This document shows, piece after piece, positions 31,218-43,155 of a stretch of 64,000 bases of DNA. The DNA is from Meyerozyma guilliermondii (lineage: Eukaryota): assembly GCA_051546255.1 (NCBI GenBank), contig CP128818.1, positions 310,001 to 374,000 of the forward strand. Reading direction: 5' to 3'. Each line of letters begins with the position of its first letter. Position 1 is the first letter of the stretch. A program made the translations under genes and the position numbers. Under the pieces are notes generated by a model. It saw nothing but the letters and a program-made list of their open reading frames with translations. It was not told the origin of the DNA and ran no database searches.

Positions 31218-32044
31218 TATTGAAGAAGCTATTGAATTATGGATGAAATTATTGATCGAGATATTAATGGAGATTGATCAGATTGATAAATTATTTTGAG
31301 ATCTGACGGGGCTTAGTATCTTTTATAGATAAGATATTCTTCAGTTGCTTCTTGGCATCAATGATATCAATTACACCCCCGATCAGGAATGATGACCCAG
31401 GTTCGTAGCGCCAACAACATTTATAGCCAGATAATGCAGTGGTGCAGGATTTTTTACAGCCAAAATGCAATGATCGCACGGTGTGTGCGGCGTTTTTGCG
31501 GCGGTGTGCAGGATCCATTGATAAACTTTGACGTGTCGATGCGCCCTGAGGCGCACTTGCCGCATCGGGCAGTGCCGCCCGCCCCAGATACATATGCATT
31601 CCTCGCTATGGCCAAAGATAAGCGGGGTCGTGTGCCCCGGTTTTTCCCCGCGCAAAATCTCAATCAACTATCAGCCGCTAGCGATTTGGTGCCAAATACG
31701 GCCGGAACCGCGGGCGTTTACTAGCGGCTATCTCATCACAGATATATATAGATTGGAGCATATCGCCATTAGTTGCCTTAAGCATAAATATTGCTGCAAG
31801 AGTTGCATCAGAAACTAAAATCTGATTTAACGTTTAAAGAAAATTTGAAGGCTTAGTTGACTAATTGAAGATTTGCACCCATAATAGGTTGGATCAAACA
31901 ATTGGAATTGAATTCCGAAAATTATATTTCATTTCAACTTATCGATCGTCAATCCAATCTGCTAGTTCAGATTCCAGTCACTTTTCAGTCACTTTTCAAT
32001 TTCTTGAATCACTGGTTTAAATACCAATTATTATTTATTGCTCC

Positions 32045-33586
32045 ATGTCAGACAAATCTCCCTTCACCGTGGAACAAACTTCCATCACCTCTGAAGATGG
32101 ACATTTGGTCAAAAGATTCGGCCTTTGGACAGCTTGTGGTCTTCAATTTTCGTTGATCTGCTCAGCTTTGGCCATTGGTACATTTCTCTCCACCGTAGTG
32201 GGAGTTGGAGGACTGCCTGTGTTCATCTATGGGTTCATATTGGCGGTTTTTTTTGACTTGATAGTCTGCTATTCGTTGGCAGAAATTGCAGCCGCTTACC
32301 CTCACTCTTCAGCCCAGGTCCATTGGACTTACTGTCTTGCTCCCGACCATGCCAAGTCAATTTTGAGCTTTTTTGTCGGGGTTTTATCCTGTGCTGGATG
32401 GATATTTGCTTGTGTAAGTTCCACCTATATTGCAGCACTGTTCATCTTGTCACTTGCAATCATGTACCATCCGGAATTTGTTGCTGAAAAATGGCACTTT
32501 TATCTCATTTACATGGCGGTGTATCTCCTGGGACACCTCATAAATGCCTATGGAGTTCGGTGCTTAACGTGGTTAACCAATGGTCTTGTGGGAGTGATAA
32601 ATATTGGTACGCTTTTCATTCTTATTGCCTTGCTTGTCAAGGCTCATCCGAAAAGATCTGCCACTTATGTCTTCAAAGAACTCTCCAATGAAACCGGATG
32701 GAGCTCCAATGGACTAGTTTTCTTTTTGGGGTTGCTTCCTAGTATTGCTTCAATTACCTTTTACGACTGTGCTGCTCATATGACCGACGAAATTATTCAG
32801 CCCGAAAAAAATGTGCCTTTGGTGATGGTTATCTCCAATACTGTGTCGGCATTGGTAGCTTTCCTCGCAGCCATCGTCTACATGTTCTGTATTGTCAACG
32901 AGAAAAATATGGAAGCACCCATGGGTGGACTTCCCATTGTGCAATTGATGTACGATGCATTCAATTCCAACGCCTTAACCACCATCGGAATCTTGTTTTT
33001 GATTTTGACATTTGTGGGTTCCACCTACCTTTATTACTGCTCCACCTCTCGATTAATATGGGCATTTGCAAAATCCAACGGACTTCCTTTTGGCCAAAGT
33101 TTCTTTGGAAAAGTGTCCCCAACGTTCCAGTCTCCCATAAACGCCCTTTATTTCACCACCATAATTGGTTTAATAATCGGAACCATCATCCTCGGCTCCA
33201 GTACCGCTTTAAATGCGGTGTTGGGTTCCGCAATGATTTGCATCAATTTGTCGTACATTTTCCCCATTGCCTGTCTTATGTTCAAATCCAGCTTCTCGCT
33301 GTCTCCCAGAGTCAGATTTCCAGCCCTGGAAGTGGTTTGTGTGGAAAACAAAGACTTGCCATATTTTTCACTCGGTCGCTTCGGACTTCCTATGAACATT
33401 GCCTCGGTTATTTGGGCGTGTTTCATCATGGTTTGGCTCAATTTCCCCCTCTATAACCCAGTCACAACTTCCAATATGAATTATGCTTGCGCAGTTCTCG
33501 GAACTACCTTCCTTGTTGGCATAGGATTGTGGTTTGGATACAGCCGGAACCACTTTAAACACGATGTTAACCTCAAACACATATAG
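32045..33586 (+). CDS. ACT-family permease (choline/GABA, Hnm1/Uga4-like)
   Basis: SLAEIAAAYP, YDCAAHMTDEI, SRLIWAFAK.NGLPF, NMNYA. Confidence 0.85.
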   Translation: MSDKSPFTVEQTSITSEDGHLVKRFGLWTACGLQFSLICSALAIGTFLSTVVGVGGLPVFIYGFILAVFFDLIVCYSLAEIAAAYPHSSAQVHWTYCLAPDHAKSILSFFVGVLSCAGWIFACVSSTYIAALFILSLAIMYHPEFVAEKWHFYLIYMAVYLLGHLINAYGVRCLTWLTNGLVGVINIGTLFILIALLVKAHPKRSATYVFKELSNETGWSSNGLVFFLGLLPSIASITFYDCAAHMTDEIIQPEKNVPLVMVISNTVSALVAFLAAIVYMFCIVNEKNMEAPMGGLPIVQLMYDAFNSNALTTIGILFLILTFVGSTYLYYCSTSRLIWAFAKSNGLPFGQSFFGKVSPTFQSPINALYFTTIIGLIIGTIILGSSTALNAVLGSAMICINLSYIFPIACLMFKSSFSLSPRVRFPALEVVCVENKDLPYFSLGRFGLPMNIASVIWACFIMVWLNFPLYNPVTTSNMNYACAVLGTTFLVGIGLWFGYSRNHFKHDVNLKHI

Positions 33587-33717
33587 CGGGCTTATATGAA
33601 TGAAACAATAATTGAAAACCTACCTAGTAGAAATTGTCTTCATTGACACAGAATTGCAACCGCATTTCAGTTAGGTGCAACTTGATTTGCAACCCAATCT
33701 CAGTGGACCTGCACATA

Positions 33718-33748
33718 CCAGGGCGGAGCCCTGGGCCCCTCCACCTGA
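33718..33748. promoter_or_regulatory. Tbf1-type palindrome plus E-box-like site in a ribosomal protein promoter
   Basis: CCAGGGC-GGA-GCCCTGG (33718-33734) resembles AGGGC-N3-GCCCT; it is followed by CACCTGA. Confidence 0.6.
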
Positions 33749-33797
33749 CCGCGCATTCAACCTCAAAATTTTTCAATCAACTCTCAACTGCATCAAC

Positions 33798-34280
33798 ATG
33801 GGTAAATCGCATGGTTACAGATCGGGTACTCGTTACGCTTTCCAGCGTGACTTCAAGAAGCATGGTGCCATTCCCTTGTCCACCTACATGAAGACCTACA
33901 AGGTTGGTGATATCGTAGACATTAAAGCCAACGGTTCCATCCAAAAAGGTATGCCCCACAAATACTACCACGGTAAGACTGGTGTGGTTTACAACGTTAC
34001 CAAGTCATCCGTTGGAGTTATTATCCACAAGATTGTTGGAAACAGATACCTTGAAAAGAGAGTCAACTTGAGAGTCGAGCACGTTAAGCACTCCGCTTGT
34101 CGTCAAGAATTCTTGAACAGAGTCAAGACCAATGCTGCTAAGAAGAGAGAGGCCAAGGCCAAGGGTGAGACTGTGTTCTTGAAGAGACAGCCAGCCAAGC
34201 CTAGAGAGGCTAGGATCGTCAAAACCGTTGACAATGTTCCTCAAACCTTGGCCCCAGTTCCTTACGAAACCTTCATCTAG
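33798..34280 (+). CDS. RPL21: 60S ribosomal protein L21 (eL21), no intron in the CDS
   Basis: [19 protein letters not shown]...[13 protein letters not shown]...PVPYETFI; strong codon bias. Confidence 0.99.
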   Translation: MGKSHGYRSGTRYAFQRDFKKHGAIPLSTYMKTYKVGDIVDIKANGSIQKGMPHKYYHGKTGVVYNVTKSSVGVIIHKIVGNRYLEKRVNLRVEHVKHSACRQEFLNRVKTNAAKKREAKAKGETVFLKRQPAKPREARIVKTVDNVPQTLAPVPYETFI

Positions 34281-34549
34281 TCGCTTAATGTATAATTAGT
34301 CCGCCGCGCTGTAGTCAATGGAGCTCAATGGAGCTCAATAAGCTAATCAATGGAACCGAAGTGAATGGAATCACTAGGTTAGGCTGTAGTTAGTCTGATT
34401 TTGTATACGTTCGGTTGTATGCAGTACTTTCGCATTCGAAAAATCGAAGCACAGGAAGAAGAAATAGACAAAAAGCTTAGCAATAAAGTTTAGCGATAGA
34501 ATTAGCAAGAGTAGCAGAGTAGCAGAATAATAGAGAGGAGTATACCTTG

Positions 34550-34732
34550 GGGTCAGAAGTTCTCCGCGTCTGTTTGTTGTAACAAGGTTGTTTGCGCCAA
34601 ACGCTTTCACCATTAAATCCCATCTTCTCGTATGAAAAGCATTCCAGAGGAATCTCGAGAGACTCTACTCCGGGGGAAATGTAGGCTAGTACGCGAGATT
34701 TCATCATATGTTGTAAAAACTTGGAAGGTCAT
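34550..34732 (-). ncRNA. SNR45: Box C/D snoRNA snR45 (U13 homologue; 18S rRNA helix-45 ac4C guide)
   Basis: Minus strand begins ATGACCTTCCAAGTTTTT (like S. cerevisiae snR45; complementary to the 18S 3' end GGAAGG(A)UCAU). C box ATGATGA at 34707-34701; AACCTTGTTAC (34589-34579) complementary to 18S GUAACAAGGUU; D box CTGA at 34556-34553. TATA-like site near 34765; divergent from NOC4. Confidence 0.9.
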
Positions 34733-34838
34733 ACTGAAGAAGTGTGCGAAATCTGCCGCGCTTTATAGTGGTGGGAGGAGGCCGGGTAACCCAGGATGCG
34801 ATGCTCATCGGAAATTGTAGAGTTATAGTACTGTAAAG

Positions 34839-36437
34839 ATGGCACCAAAAAGAAAGGCCAAAAGTGTTTCTCAGGCTGGGAAACGGGCCAAGGGTGTTTC
34901 AATTCCCTCTGTGAGTGACGTGGATGCGTTGGCTGAGCCTATAATTTCTCAGAAAAACTACAATAATATTGTGAAATTGCTCGATCACTTTGATCAAGTC
35001 ATTACGATTTTGGAGAAAAATGATGATGAAGAAGTGGAAAAATCAGGTCGAAAGATCGCGGTGTCTCTTTTCAACGTATTTGAGAAGCTCATGGCCGAAA
35101 GTCTTTTGATAAGCCGCAAATCGTATGATGAAAAGAAGACCTTGGTCGTCAAATGGTTGGTCGAGAAGTACGAACGATATAAAAACTTGGGGTTCCAATT
35201 GGTTTCCGGGACGTTTTCCGCCCGGCTCTCGATCCAGGTGGACTTGTTGGAAATACTCATGAATTTGGTGCGGTTGGAATCGCAGTATTTCAAGTCGGCA
35301 CCTTCCGATCCATATTTTGCATCTAGAACCTATACCCGGGCTGTCACCTCTCTCATATCTCGTGACTGTGTTCCCTTGGGTGACGGGACCAGCGATGACT
35401 TTTTGGTTTTCGAATTCAAATCACTTTTCGGTCCAAATTGGGACCTTCAATTTTATTTTTTCAACCAGTTGGACGAAGAATTGAAGACACTCAAAAAGAC
35501 TTTTTCGCCTGAAAAATTACAGCTGGTGTTTGCCAACGTATACACCATTCTCAAGGACCCTCTCGTGGTCGCCGAGGTGTTGGAAGACGCTCCGTTATGG
35601 ACTAATGGACTTCTTCCCAATGGTGCCTACAAACGGTCTTCTTTCAAGAGCCAATTCCAAAAGGCTATATTAACCCTATTAACTTTTCCCTTGACCCAGA
35701 ACCAGTACAAGTCAGTTTTGCTCATTCTCCACAACCGGATCATCCCCCACATGGCTCAACCTCAACGTCTCATGGATTTCTTGACAGACAGTTATAACAG
35801 CGGAGGAGAAATTGTGCCTATTTTAGCACTCAATTCGCTCTATGAACTCATGAAAACATTCAATTTGGAATACCCAGACTTCTACACCAAGCTATACTCG
35901 CTTCTTACTCCGAGAATGATGTACACCAGGTATCGGTCGAGGTACTTTCGTCTCTGTGATCTTTTCCTTTCGTCCACCCATTTGTCTGCAGCACTTATAG
36001 CTTCGTTTATCAAGAGACTTGCTAGACTAGCACTCACATCCAGTGCTTCTGGAGTGGTTATCGTCATTCCTTTCATATATAACTTGCTCAAAAGACACCC
36101 CACATGCATGATTATGGTCCATAATCCCAACGTTACAAATTATACGGATCCCTTTGACAACGATGAACAAGACCCTCTTAAAACGAAGGCCATTGGCTCT
36201 TCTGTGTGGGAACTTGAGACGCTTATGACCCATTACCATCCCAATGTTGCAACTTTGGCGACGATTTTCAAAGAGCCATTTCGCAAGCACAATTACAATC
36301 TCGAAGACTTTTTGGATTGGAGCTATGCTAGTTTGTTGGAAAGTGAGAAGAACAGAAAGTACCGTCCGGCTGCGCTTGAGTTTGAAAGATGGCCAAAAGT
36401 TTTCGGGCTGGAAAGCTACACTGGGTGGAGTTTATAA
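34839..36437 (+). CDS. NOC4: Nucleolar complex protein Noc4
   Basis: CBF/Mak21 domain: LMDFLTDSY, NLEYPDFYTKLY, FLSSTHL, HYHPNVA, YNLEDFLD. Confidence 0.95.
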   Translation: MAPKRKAKSVSQAGKRAKGVSIPSVSDVDALAEPIISQKNYNNIVKLLDHFDQVITILEKNDDEEVEKSGRKIAVSLFNVFEKLMAESLLISRKSYDEKKTLVVKWLVEKYERYKNLGFQLVSGTFSARLSIQVDLLEILMNLVRLESQYFKSAPSDPYFASRTYTRAVTSLISRDCVPLGDGTSDDFLVFEFKSLFGPNWDLQFYFFNQLDEELKTLKKTFSPEKLQLVFANVYTILKDPLVVAEVLEDAPLWTNGLLPNGAYKRSSFKSQFQKAILTLLTFPLTQNQYKSVLLILHNRIIPHMAQPQRLMDFLTDSYNSGGEIVPILALNSLYELMKTFNLEYPDFYTKLYSLLTPRMMYTRYRSRYFRLCDLFLSSTHLSAALIASFIKRLARLALTSSASGVVIVIPFIYNLLKRHPTCMIMVHNPNVTNYTDPFDNDEQDPLKTKAIGSSVWELETLMTHYHPNVATLATIFKEPFRKHNYNLEDFLDWSYASLLESEKNRKYRPAALEFERWPKVFGLESYTGWSL

Positions 36438-36841
36438 AAATTGCAAATAATGTAAAATGCAAAAATAAATTGAAAAAATTAAAAATCGAAAAATTTATAG
36501 ACTTCAATAGTGGAGTTCATTACGACGACATCGATTGATCTTCATATGAATGATCGATAACTCCTTAGACGAACTTTCAGTTCTTATTCTTTATTCTGCA
36601 ACATACTGCAGCATCGGCGAACCTGCATATGCACTACGGCATCCAATGCATATTTCCAATGCACGCTTCCACTGCAAGCTTCTGCTGCGCAAGCGCAATT
36701 TCGGCTGCCAACTACCCAACGGAATGACCCCCGTTTGCCCGTTGCCACCACATAAATAGCCCCCCACCCCACCTTTTTTCTCTTGGTGATATCCTGCATG
36801 ATGTCAGGCAATTAATCCGTTTGAGCTCATCCTGCACCTAG

Positions 36842-39406
<2,565 letters not shown>

Positions 39407-39568
39407 TATAGACAATAGGAATGAGCATGATTGACTGATCCAACTGAAAAATCCTTTCAATCAAATTGAAAAAATGGTTAATCGAATTCAAAATCATCTA
39501 ATAATTCTAGCCGCGCATCTCATCTCATCTCATCTCCACTTTTATCTCATCTCTCCATTTTCATTTTC

Positions 39569-40339
39569 ATGGACTTCTATATAGCTCCCGAGGACGAGCT
39601 ACTACTCCACAACTACCACACATTACCCTCAGAATGCAAAAAGTACTGGAAAAAGAGATACGACCTTTTTAGTCGATTCGATGAAGGTGTATACATGACA
39701 TCTGAACTATGGTACTCGGTGACTCCAGAAGCTTTGGCAATATTTATTGCACGATTAGTGAAAGAATTGCTTCCCAATGCACGGAAAATACTCGATGTAT
39801 GTTGCGGAGGAGGAGGAAATGCTATTCAATTTGCACACTATTTTCCATCAGTCGGGGCCGTGGATATTCTGCCCAATAATCTTCAGTGTACGGTACACAA
39901 TGCTGGTATTTATGGAGTGTTGGATCGAATATGGACACAATTGGGAGACTGGAATGAGCTACAAAATAAAACAGACTGGATTCCTTATGGCATCAGAATG
40001 AAGAACAAGAAACTGAAAAATGAAATGTTCGACTTTGTCTTTTGTTCTCCTCCATGGGGTGGACCACTGTACAAGAAGTCAGGACAGTTTGATCTTGAGC
40101 AAATGAAACCGTTTAATTTGGAGACGCTTTGCGGGCAAATGCGACAATTTTCATCCAGTTTTGGCTTTCTTTTACCTCGACAACTGAACCTCGATCAAAT
40201 CAGAGACGTTACTGAAAAATTGAAACTTGGTTTTTGTCGAACAATTTACCTCAGTAATGACGGCAGGGAAATTGGGTTATTGGCATTGTTTGGCAACGCC
40301 ATGATGAAGGAGGTGAATATAGACCTGTTGATATATTAG
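39569..40339 (+). CDS. TGS1: Trimethylguanosine synthase
   Basis: KYWKKRYDLFSRFD, ELWYSVTPE, DVCCGGGGN, SPPWGGP. Confidence 0.95.
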   Translation: MDFYIAPEDELLLHNYHTLPSECKKYWKKRYDLFSRFDEGVYMTSELWYSVTPEALAIFIARLVKELLPNARKILDVCCGGGGNAIQFAHYFPSVGAVDILPNNLQCTVHNAGIYGVLDRIWTQLGDWNELQNKTDWIPYGIRMKNKKLKNEMFDFVFCSPPWGGPLYKKSGQFDLEQMKPFNLETLCGQMRQFSSSFGFLLPRQLNLDQIRDVTEKLKLGFCRTIYLSNDGREIGLLALFGNAMMKEVNIDLLIY

Positions 40340-40381
40340 AACATAAGAAAGCATACGAAACAAGCACAATAGTTACCAACT

Positions 40382-40449
40382 GATTGTCCGAAATAGATTA
40401 TTGTCCGAAATAGATGATTGTTTGAAAAGATGATTGTTCGAAAATGATG
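40382..40449 (+). repeat. Short tandem repeat (4 x ~17 bp, ATTGTYYGAAA(T)AGATG)
   Basis: gattgtccgaaatagattattgtccgaaatagatgattgtttgaaaagatgattgttcgaaaatgatg. Confidence 0.85.
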
Positions 40450-41254
40450 GTATCTGGCTCAATAATATGGGGCTGCTTTAAAGTTCAAGTAAACATGGAA
40501 ATGAATTTAGGATTCCATAATCATTGTTCAGTTCACCTTCATCTATTTTCACTTATTATTGCATTCATCAATTCTGTTAAAGTATGATTATCTCAACAGA
40601 ACTCATATAGCAAAATCCTACTTTCACGATATTTCAACTCAGTAAAACCAAAATAGATTCAAAAGACTAAGAAGCTATTGAGCCAAAAAGGGAAAAAAGG
40701 AACTTAATTTCTAAAGACAGCGGCTCATCGACAAGATGAATAATCTTGGTGCCAAATAAGAAAGTTCAGATCAACAGAGGTCAAAATAGGATATTGTAAT
40801 GAACACACTTCATAGATTTCGAATAGGTTATAGTTGACTCAGTTGCAGCCATTCCACGCAGTTGGAAAATGCAGGACCTGCCGCAGAAAGGCGGCCATGC
40901 AGGTTCCTACTTCGTGGCCAATGAGGCAACTCATTAAGCACTCGATGAGCGCCTAACGGTTAAGTACTTCCAAGATGGTTAATGCGTTAGCGTGCTGGTG
41001 CCGTGAAATATCACCGAAGAATTGAGAAGTCTTGTGTATTCTTATTTAAAGAATTATACGATAGAACAAAAAACTCTCGAAGTACATAGCTTTACTATCT
41101 TGACTGCCGCCCACTCACACATTCAACGTGAACGCTATAGGGACAGGCCTACGCAAGTTTACCCATGTCTTTTAGGTTATCAGTAGTACAAGGACAGTAT
41201 ATAGATACACCTAAACACCGCATATCTTTGATGATATCATATAACAATTTCAAA

Positions 41255-41844
41255 ATGAAAATAATTACAATATATTTGACATTGCAGTCGTTATTTGTAA
41301 CGATATCTGCATTTATCTTTGACGCGAAATTATTTGCAGAATGCGCTAATACTACTATTCAAAACATTAGATTATACAGACCGAGTACTCAAGAATATAG
41401 ATTAATACCTGTTGATCCAAGTGGTTATGACATTGATGTTTGGTTAGGGTGCTTAGAGCAACAAGATATTTATGGTGTAATGACTATTTCATCCGAGAGT
41501 GATGATGAAGGTTTGGATAGCGAAAGGCAGGAATTACATGATGGGGTTAATGATCTGAACACAATTGCATTAAACACCACAGATATGGAAAACATTGAAA
41601 AAAGAAGTGAATACCAGTTAAAAAAACAGGTTGTGATACAAATGATGAGCCCGTAAACAAGCTCGGTGGATGTGTGACAGTAGTGAGTAAGATGCTAAAA
41701 GGTGCTACAACTTACAACTTATATGAACGGAAAGTGAGAGTTTATATATGTCCTCATCATAAGTGTGTTTGGGTTCAAATCTAAAGCCCATGTATGAATA
41801 GGAATTGGTACTCGATAGAGGCTAAATTTATTAGAATGTTATAG
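41255..41844 (+). pseudogene. Interrupted gene for a secreted preproprotein (signal peptide, acidic pro-region, KR site, Cys-containing mature part)
   Basis: MKIITIYLTLQSLFVTISA..., ...NIEKR/SEY. The coding-like sequence continues in the -1 frame after the A7 run (41620-41626) as TGCDTNDEPVNKLGGCVT...ICPHHKCVWVQI*, then SPCMNRNWYSIEAKFIRML*. Confidence 0.6.
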
Positions 41845-41904
41845 TCTTTCATTTCAACCTGCATATAGCCTACATTGCGTTGAACCCGACATTTTAACCC
41901 CCAG

Positions 41905-42819
41905 ATGTCGCTCAAGTCGATTCTGATGGAGAATGCGCCATCGATAACGCGCGGCGATGTGCTGCATGACATGGATACAGTTACAGTGGCCGATGCAGAA
42001 TCAGAAGTATCTGCAGATATGATTCTGCGTAGCTTTGATAAGATCCTCGATATTGTCACCAAACTTGATGACCAAAACCATTCACAAATTCTTTCAAATG
42101 AGGTTAATTATTTACGTCAACTCGTTGATAACAAACTTGATAAACTTGATAAGCTTTCAGCTATTGTGGCGGAAGTTCTTGAAAACAAAAACCAACAAGC
42201 AATTCTTTCATCTCTTCATGCGATGCAAAATGAACAAGACGCGCATAATGGATCCGAGGGTGGTGATGCCGCATCCAATGTCGATCAACCGGGAGTACAT
42301 CTCGATAGTAATATGGATCCGGAATTGCATCAAGTGGCAGTGGCTGCTGCAGCGGTAAGGGCTCAACAGCACGTTTCTGGGTCATCCATTCTTCATCATC
42401 ATGCACCATCAAATCAACATGCATCAACTGCATTAGATGGCGACGATCGCAAACGCACATTTTCTGAAGACACAAATGGTAACACCAGTAGTAAAAAACC
42501 GAAAATCACCATTGACTTTTTACACAATCCAATGACGGTTCGTGAAATCTACGATGAATTTACAAAAGGATTTCGAGGCCAACCTGCTTTATGTGAATTA
42601 GATGCTCGATTTGGCAAGCATGAATGGCGTGGAGATCTGCGTTCAAAACAATCAAAACGGTATCAACGACGTAAAAAACTTTGCGATGCCATAACTCGAG
42701 GAATGCAAAAGTACGATAAATCAGCAGACGAAATCATTGGTTATATAGAAGAGTTTCGCGGAGATAAGCTGCTTACGTGGGTGATGAATGGCAACCTTCC
42801 TGCTGACCTTATGGGATGA
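41905..42819 (+). CDS. GCR1_C-domain transcription factor (Gcr1/Msn1/Hot1 family)
   Basis: C-terminal NPMTVREIYDEFTKGFRGQPAL...EWRG...KRYQRRKKL; N-terminal coiled coil. Confidence 0.8.
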   Translation: MSLKSILMENAPSITRGDVLHDMDTVTVADAESEVSADMILRSFDKILDIVTKLDDQNHSQILSNEVNYLRQLVDNKLDKLDKLSAIVAEVLENKNQQAILSSLHAMQNEQDAHNGSEGGDAASNVDQPGVHLDSNMDPELHQVAVAAAAVRAQQHVSGSSILHHHAPSNQHASTALDGDDRKRTFSEDTNGNTSSKKPKITIDFLHNPMTVREIYDEFTKGFRGQPALCELDARFGKHEWRGDLRSKQSKRYQRRKKLCDAITRGMQKYDKSADEIIGYIEEFRGDKLLTWVMNGNLPADLMG

Positions 42820-42839
42820 TGGAGGCGGCTGCAGCTGCC

Positions 42840-42912
42840 TCCATGCGACAGCTTCATGCAACCGCCCTCATGCAACCGCCTTCATGCAACCTCGGTTGCA
42901 CGGGTTCATGCA
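42840..42912 (+). repeat. Tandem CATGCAACC-type repeat upstream of SSC1
   Basis: TCATGCAACC x3 at 14-bp spacing, plus degenerate flanking copies. Confidence 0.8.
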
Positions 42913-43155
42913 GCTGCACAAAATCTTGCACTAAAATATTTAATGGCATGGCTGCCAAATGTCGTAAATTATGTCTATATAAGAGCCTCTTTTTGCTGTT
43001 GTAAATTTTTCTTTGTTTCGGTGTTTCGTGTTGTGTTTTGCAGCCTATTTGGTGTACGGGTGTTCCCCCGGCATGACCTAGAAAATTCCATGGTCGTGCG
43101 CCAATTCGGATATATTGCGGTGAAAAGTCGGCAAATTTTCAGCTCCCTCACTAAT

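Noticed and set aside
34374..34707. Two short minus-strand ORFs (79 and 76 aa)
   Set aside because: They overlap the snR45 snoRNA and have no protein-like features.
42856..43155. Long N-terminal extensions in the ORF track (SSC1, also SPT16, SPF1, RPL21, YVC1, PRP31)
   Set aside because: They run through promoter or repeat sequence, mostly from non-ATG starts; family similarity begins at downstream ATGs.
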